IMG/VR virus record: IMGVR_UViG_3300022862_000013
Coordinates: 1-37,729 of that record
DNA length: 37,729 bases
Strand: one strand, 5' to 3'
Origin: a virus
Taxonomy: Duplodnaviria > Caudoviricetes
Position 1 is the stretch's first letter; each line of letters starts with the position of its first letter. Below, in pieces: positions 35,145 to 37,729 of this stretch. Made by a program: the position numbers and the translations under genes. Below the pieces are notes generated by a model, which was not told where the DNA came from, made no database searches, and worked only from the letters and a program-made list of their open reading frames with translations.

Positions 35145-35146
35145 AC

Positions 35147-35338
35147 CTAACCCCTTCGTGATGAGTGATGCCCGGCCTTGGCCGTGCCGACATGCTGCCC
35201 GCGCTTTTGCGAGCCGTCACGCATGATCACCCGATTATCGCCGTTACGCGTCACGCGTACTATCTCGGCTGTTTCATCCACCTTTCGAAAGCCCTGCTGC
35301 TCCAGCTGCTTCAGGGTCATACGCTGAATCGGGGTCAT
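35147..35338 (-). CDS. Hypothetical protein (63 aa, MTPIQR...)
   Basis: GGAG RBS; operon coupling. Confidence 0.75.
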   Translation of the reverse strand: MTPIQRMTLKQLEQQGFRKVDETAEIVRVTRNGDNRVIMRDGSQKRGQHVGTAKAGHHSSRRG

Positions 35339-35339
35339 T

Positions 35340-35774
35340 TCAGCAGCTCCATTGGTTCTTGCGCAATTCATCGCAACGCTGCTGCAGGGCTGCTTCCCAT
35401 TGGGAGCGGGCCGCACGGCAAGCATTTACGGTGATGCCGCCTACCGAATGCGCCCACATCAGCCCGGCGACACCTGCTTGGCAAACACGCATCGCCTCCA
35501 GTATTGAGCCGCAGGTAGCCAGTTGATCCGCAGGGCTTGGCTGAACCAGGCCAAGGCCGAAGGCATAGTCACGACTTTCCAGTGCATCCATGTTGGTGCG
35601 GATGCTCTCCCACTGCAGCACGCAATAGCGCCCCAGGTTGAGCTTGTAGTAGGTGGTGCGCTGCTCGTCGCAGTTCTGCCGGTCCTCGATCCACAGGTTG
35701 ATCAGCGGCCGGCCGAGGCCGCCCTTGAACAGGCGCTGCAGCAGCGTGCGGCGCGGGGGTTGGCTGGCCATCAT
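35340..35774 (-). CDS. Hypothetical protein
   Basis: ATGA overlap with the upstream ORF. Confidence 0.7.
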   Translation of the reverse strand: MMASQPPRRTLLQRLFKGGLGRPLINLWIEDRQNCDEQRTTYYKLNLGRYCVLQWESIRTNMDALESRDYAFGLGLVQPSPADQLATCGSILEAMRVCQAGVAGLMWAHSVGGITVNACRAARSQWEAALQQRCDELRKNQWSC

Positions 35775-36238
35775 TCGACACACAGCAGCAGGCCGGGGGC
35801 CTTGGTCGAGCGCAGCAGGTCGACCAGCCGGCCCTCGTCGTTACCGTCCTCGTCGCGAATGCCTTTGGCCAAGGTGTCGTCATCGACCGGCTGTACGTCG
35901 TCCAGCTCGTAGCAGTCCGGCCCGGCAATGGCCTCGGCCAGCTGCAGGGCCTGCTGGGCGCTGATCGCCGCGAAAATTTCCGTGTCGCCCACCCACCAGG
36001 CGCGCAAGTGCTGCTCCATGTACATCAGTCGCCACCAAGCTTGGCCATTGACCCGGTACACGCCGGGGCGCCAGGTGGGGTACAGGGTCCATTCCTCTTC
36101 CAGCTCGCGCAGCAAGGCCTTGGCCAACTGCGGGCCGATCTTGAAGCGGCGCATCAGCGCACCGGCGCCAATCAAGTGATGCGCGGCGACAAAGCGCTTG
36201 GCGGGCGCGCGCAGGTCCATCAGTTGCGCATGGCTCAT
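35771..36238 (-). CDS. Protein with N-terminal FtsK-gamma-like winged helix
   Basis: AGALMRRFKIGPQLAKALLRELE resembles the FtsK-gamma S.LQRRFRIGYNRAARL.E.LE pattern; AAGGAG RBS. Confidence 0.6.
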   Translation of the reverse strand: MSHAQLMDLRAPAKRFVAAHHLIGAGALMRRFKIGPQLAKALLRELEEEWTLYPTWRPGVYRVNGQAWWRLMYMEQHLRAWWVGDTEIFAAISAQQALQLAEAIAGPDCYELDDVQPVDDDTLAKGIRDEDGNDEGRLVDLLRSTKAPGLLLCVE

Positions 36239-36306
36239 GCGTGGAATCTCCTTTTGTGAATCATGACGAAAACGGGCACCGCAAGGCGCCCAGCAATGGC
36301 CTGGAA

Positions 36307-37008
36307 TCAGCCGACCAGTAATGGCAGCTGTGGCTGCTGTACCGGGCGGCCTTCATTGAGGAACGCACCCCACTGCGCGCCCATGGCGGCGGCGATACCG
36401 GGGTAGGTCTTGGAGCGTTCCAGCCAGCGATTGGCCGAGGGGGTGAGCCTGTTCTGCCCGCTGTCTGTCTGGTTGGCCCAGCGCTCGACGGTCTTGCCGT
36501 TGCGCTCCACCAGTCGACCCGGAACGCGCCGGGTCGGTACCAGCGGCGGCAGGCCGTTGAGCCAGAGGCCGGTGCTCTTGCTGGCATCGTCGCCGAACTG
36601 GTGCGGCTGGATGATCTGGCTGGGTTTGCGGATCGCCTTGCTGATGAACGACGGCGCCGGGTTCTCGATGGCCACCGGGTACGGCAGCTGCAGCAGGCGG
36701 CGGAAATTCTCCAGCGCCTCGGCCTGTGCCGCGCGGCGGGCGGCGCCCACCAGCGTGCCGGGCTTGACCTTCTGGTGGTAGGGCCCGTCCTTGAGGGCCC
36801 ACGCGGCCGACACGGTGAGGTAGGTGCACATCGGGTGCAGCACCGCCAGATCCCAGTCGTAGCCGAGCACGTCCCACACGTCGCACTGGAAGTGGTTGCT
36901 GGCCCGGTCGCGGGCCGGCAGCAGGTCGCAGGTCCAGACGTCGTGGCCCTGCTGTTCGAAGGCGCGGCGGGTGAGGGGGCAGGCGGAATAGCCGATGAGG
37001 ATCTTCAA
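36307..37008 (-). CDS. Short phage C5 DNA cytosine methyltransferase-like protein
   Basis: WTCDLLP, WDL...HPMCTYL, IENP and RSKTYPGIAAAM motifs; TTG start. Confidence 0.75.
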   Translation of the reverse strand: MKILIGYSACPLTRRAFEQQGHDVWTCDLLPARDRASNHFQCDVWDVLGYDWDLAVLHPMCTYLTVSAAWALKDGPYHQKVKPGTLVGAARRAAQAEALENFRRLLQLPYPVAIENPAPSFISKAIRKPSQIIQPHQFGDDASKSTGLWLNGLPPLVPTRRVPGRLVERNGKTVERWANQTDSGQNRLTPSANRWLERSKTYPGIAAAMGAQWGAFLNEGRPVQQPQLPLLVG

Positions 37009-37056
37009 GGTGGGCGCACATCCGTGATTGCGGGTGGGTGGGTGAACTGCTCTAAA

Positions 37057-37100
37057 CCCACTTTACATGAAAGTGGGCGCCCATTTTATATCAAAGTGGG
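37057..37100. promoter_or_regulatory. Two tandem palindromes CCCAYTTT-N5-AAAGTGGG
   Basis: 37057-37077 and 37080-37100, upstream of the MTase operon. Confidence 0.7.
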
Positions 37101-37112
37101 AATGGCGGGCAC

Positions 37113-37149
37113 AAAAAAAGGCCCCCGGACCATAACGACCTGGGGGCCT
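37113..37149 (-). terminator. Intrinsic terminator
   Basis: AGGCCCCC/GGGGGCCT stem plus T run. Confidence 0.75.
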
Positions 37150-37169
37150 CGATTTAACATATCTTCAAA

Positions 37170-37433
37170 TTATGTACATGGCGCGGGCAACTGGCCAGTA
37201 GTCCACGCGCGGTCGGCCGCCTGCTTGGCCTCATCCTGCAGCGCCAGGGCCTGCTGAACGCTCAGCAGATGGAAGGCGAGCAGCCCATTAATCCAGCCCG
37301 TGAGGTACATCACTTCGCCGTGCCGGTACTGGTCGCTGTCGCTGTCGGCCACGCGCTGCACCATTTCCTGAATCCGCCAGCGCGCCTGGGCGACGGTGTC
37401 GGGGCTGTCTTGCTCAATCTGGATCAGGGCCAT
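37170..37433 (-). CDS. Hypothetical protein (87 aa)
   Basis: AAGGAGG RBS; last gene before the terminator. Confidence 0.8.
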   Translation of the reverse strand: MALIQIEQDSPDTVAQARWRIQEMVQRVADSDSDQYRHGEVMYLTGWINGLLAFHLLSVQQALALQDEAKQAADRAWTTGQLPAPCT

Positions 37434-37466
37434 GCGGCCTCCTTGCTATCAGGGGTGGGGGTTCGG

Positions 37467-37729
37467 TTACTCGAACTCGCTCGGCTCACCCAGCTGCTGC
37501 CCGGCGCTGAACGCCAAGTACCCGGCCAAGGCTTCCGCCGCCTGGCGGCGCGCCTCGATCAAACGCCCGCGTTCTTCCGGCTCAACCCCGGCCGGCGAAC
37601 TCAGGTAGGCATGCCGCGCTTGGCGATAGGCGTTCAGATACTCCAAAGCGTAAACGTCCAGGGTGACGGTCAGCGGCTCGGTCAGCAGCGCCGGCGGCTC
37701 GGTGCGGATGTACTTATGGCGGGTAGCGG
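37467..37729 (-). CDS. Hypothetical protein, 88 aa, spanning the circular junction (ATG at 131, through 1/37602, TAA at 37467): MTATRHKYIRTEPPALL...GEPSEFE
   Basis: AAGGAG RBS upstream of ATG 131; frame stays open across the join; missed by the linear ORF track. Confidence 0.85.
   Translation of the reverse strand, partial: ATRHKYIRTEPPALLTEPLTVTLDVYALEYLNAYRQARHAYLSSPAGVEPEERGRLIEARRQAAEALAGYLAFSAGQQLGEPSEFE

Noticed and set aside
36353-37021. Alternative ATG-started 222-aa ORF overlapping the MTase
   Set aside because: Pro/Arg-rich off-frame translation; the conserved motifs are in the 36307-37008 frame.
37603-37729. Terminal direct repeat as a biological DTR or att site
   Set aside because: 127 nt equals a common assembler k-mer, it falls mid-gene, and the terminase/HNH set indicates cos ends elsewhere.

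Overview
A complete, circularly assembled temperate phage-plasmid of 37,602 bp. The 127-nt terminal overlap is an assembly artefact, and one ORF reads through the join. The sequence is GC-rich and the host is probably a Pseudomonas (inference). Virion genes pair an HK97-type cos head with a Mu/SfV-type contractile tail, a short tail fibre and an esterase-type tailspike; the lysis genes are split. The maintenance module is plasmid-like: an IncFII-style replicon (antisense RNA, translationally coupled leader peptide, RepA, C-rich spacer, origin with a DnaA box), ParA with a ribbon-helix-helix (RHH) partner, and a tyrosine recombinase. Immunity uses a CI/Cro switch whose CI appears unable to self-cleave, plus a small LexA-box-controlled ORF that is a candidate antirepressor. 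Three dispersed cis-motif networks are visible: (1) 14 exact copies of a matS-like palindrome CGTKAC-N1/2-GTMACG, mostly inside genes, with a candidate MatP-like RHH/Zn-finger reader; (2) five arrays of 8-bp ATCWACAW-like units at four loci, over three promoters and beside cos; (3) TACAC-N5-GTGTA-type operators at cI/cro, the rep promoter and the late promoter. All protein calls come from manual motif recognition and synteny; no database searches were run.
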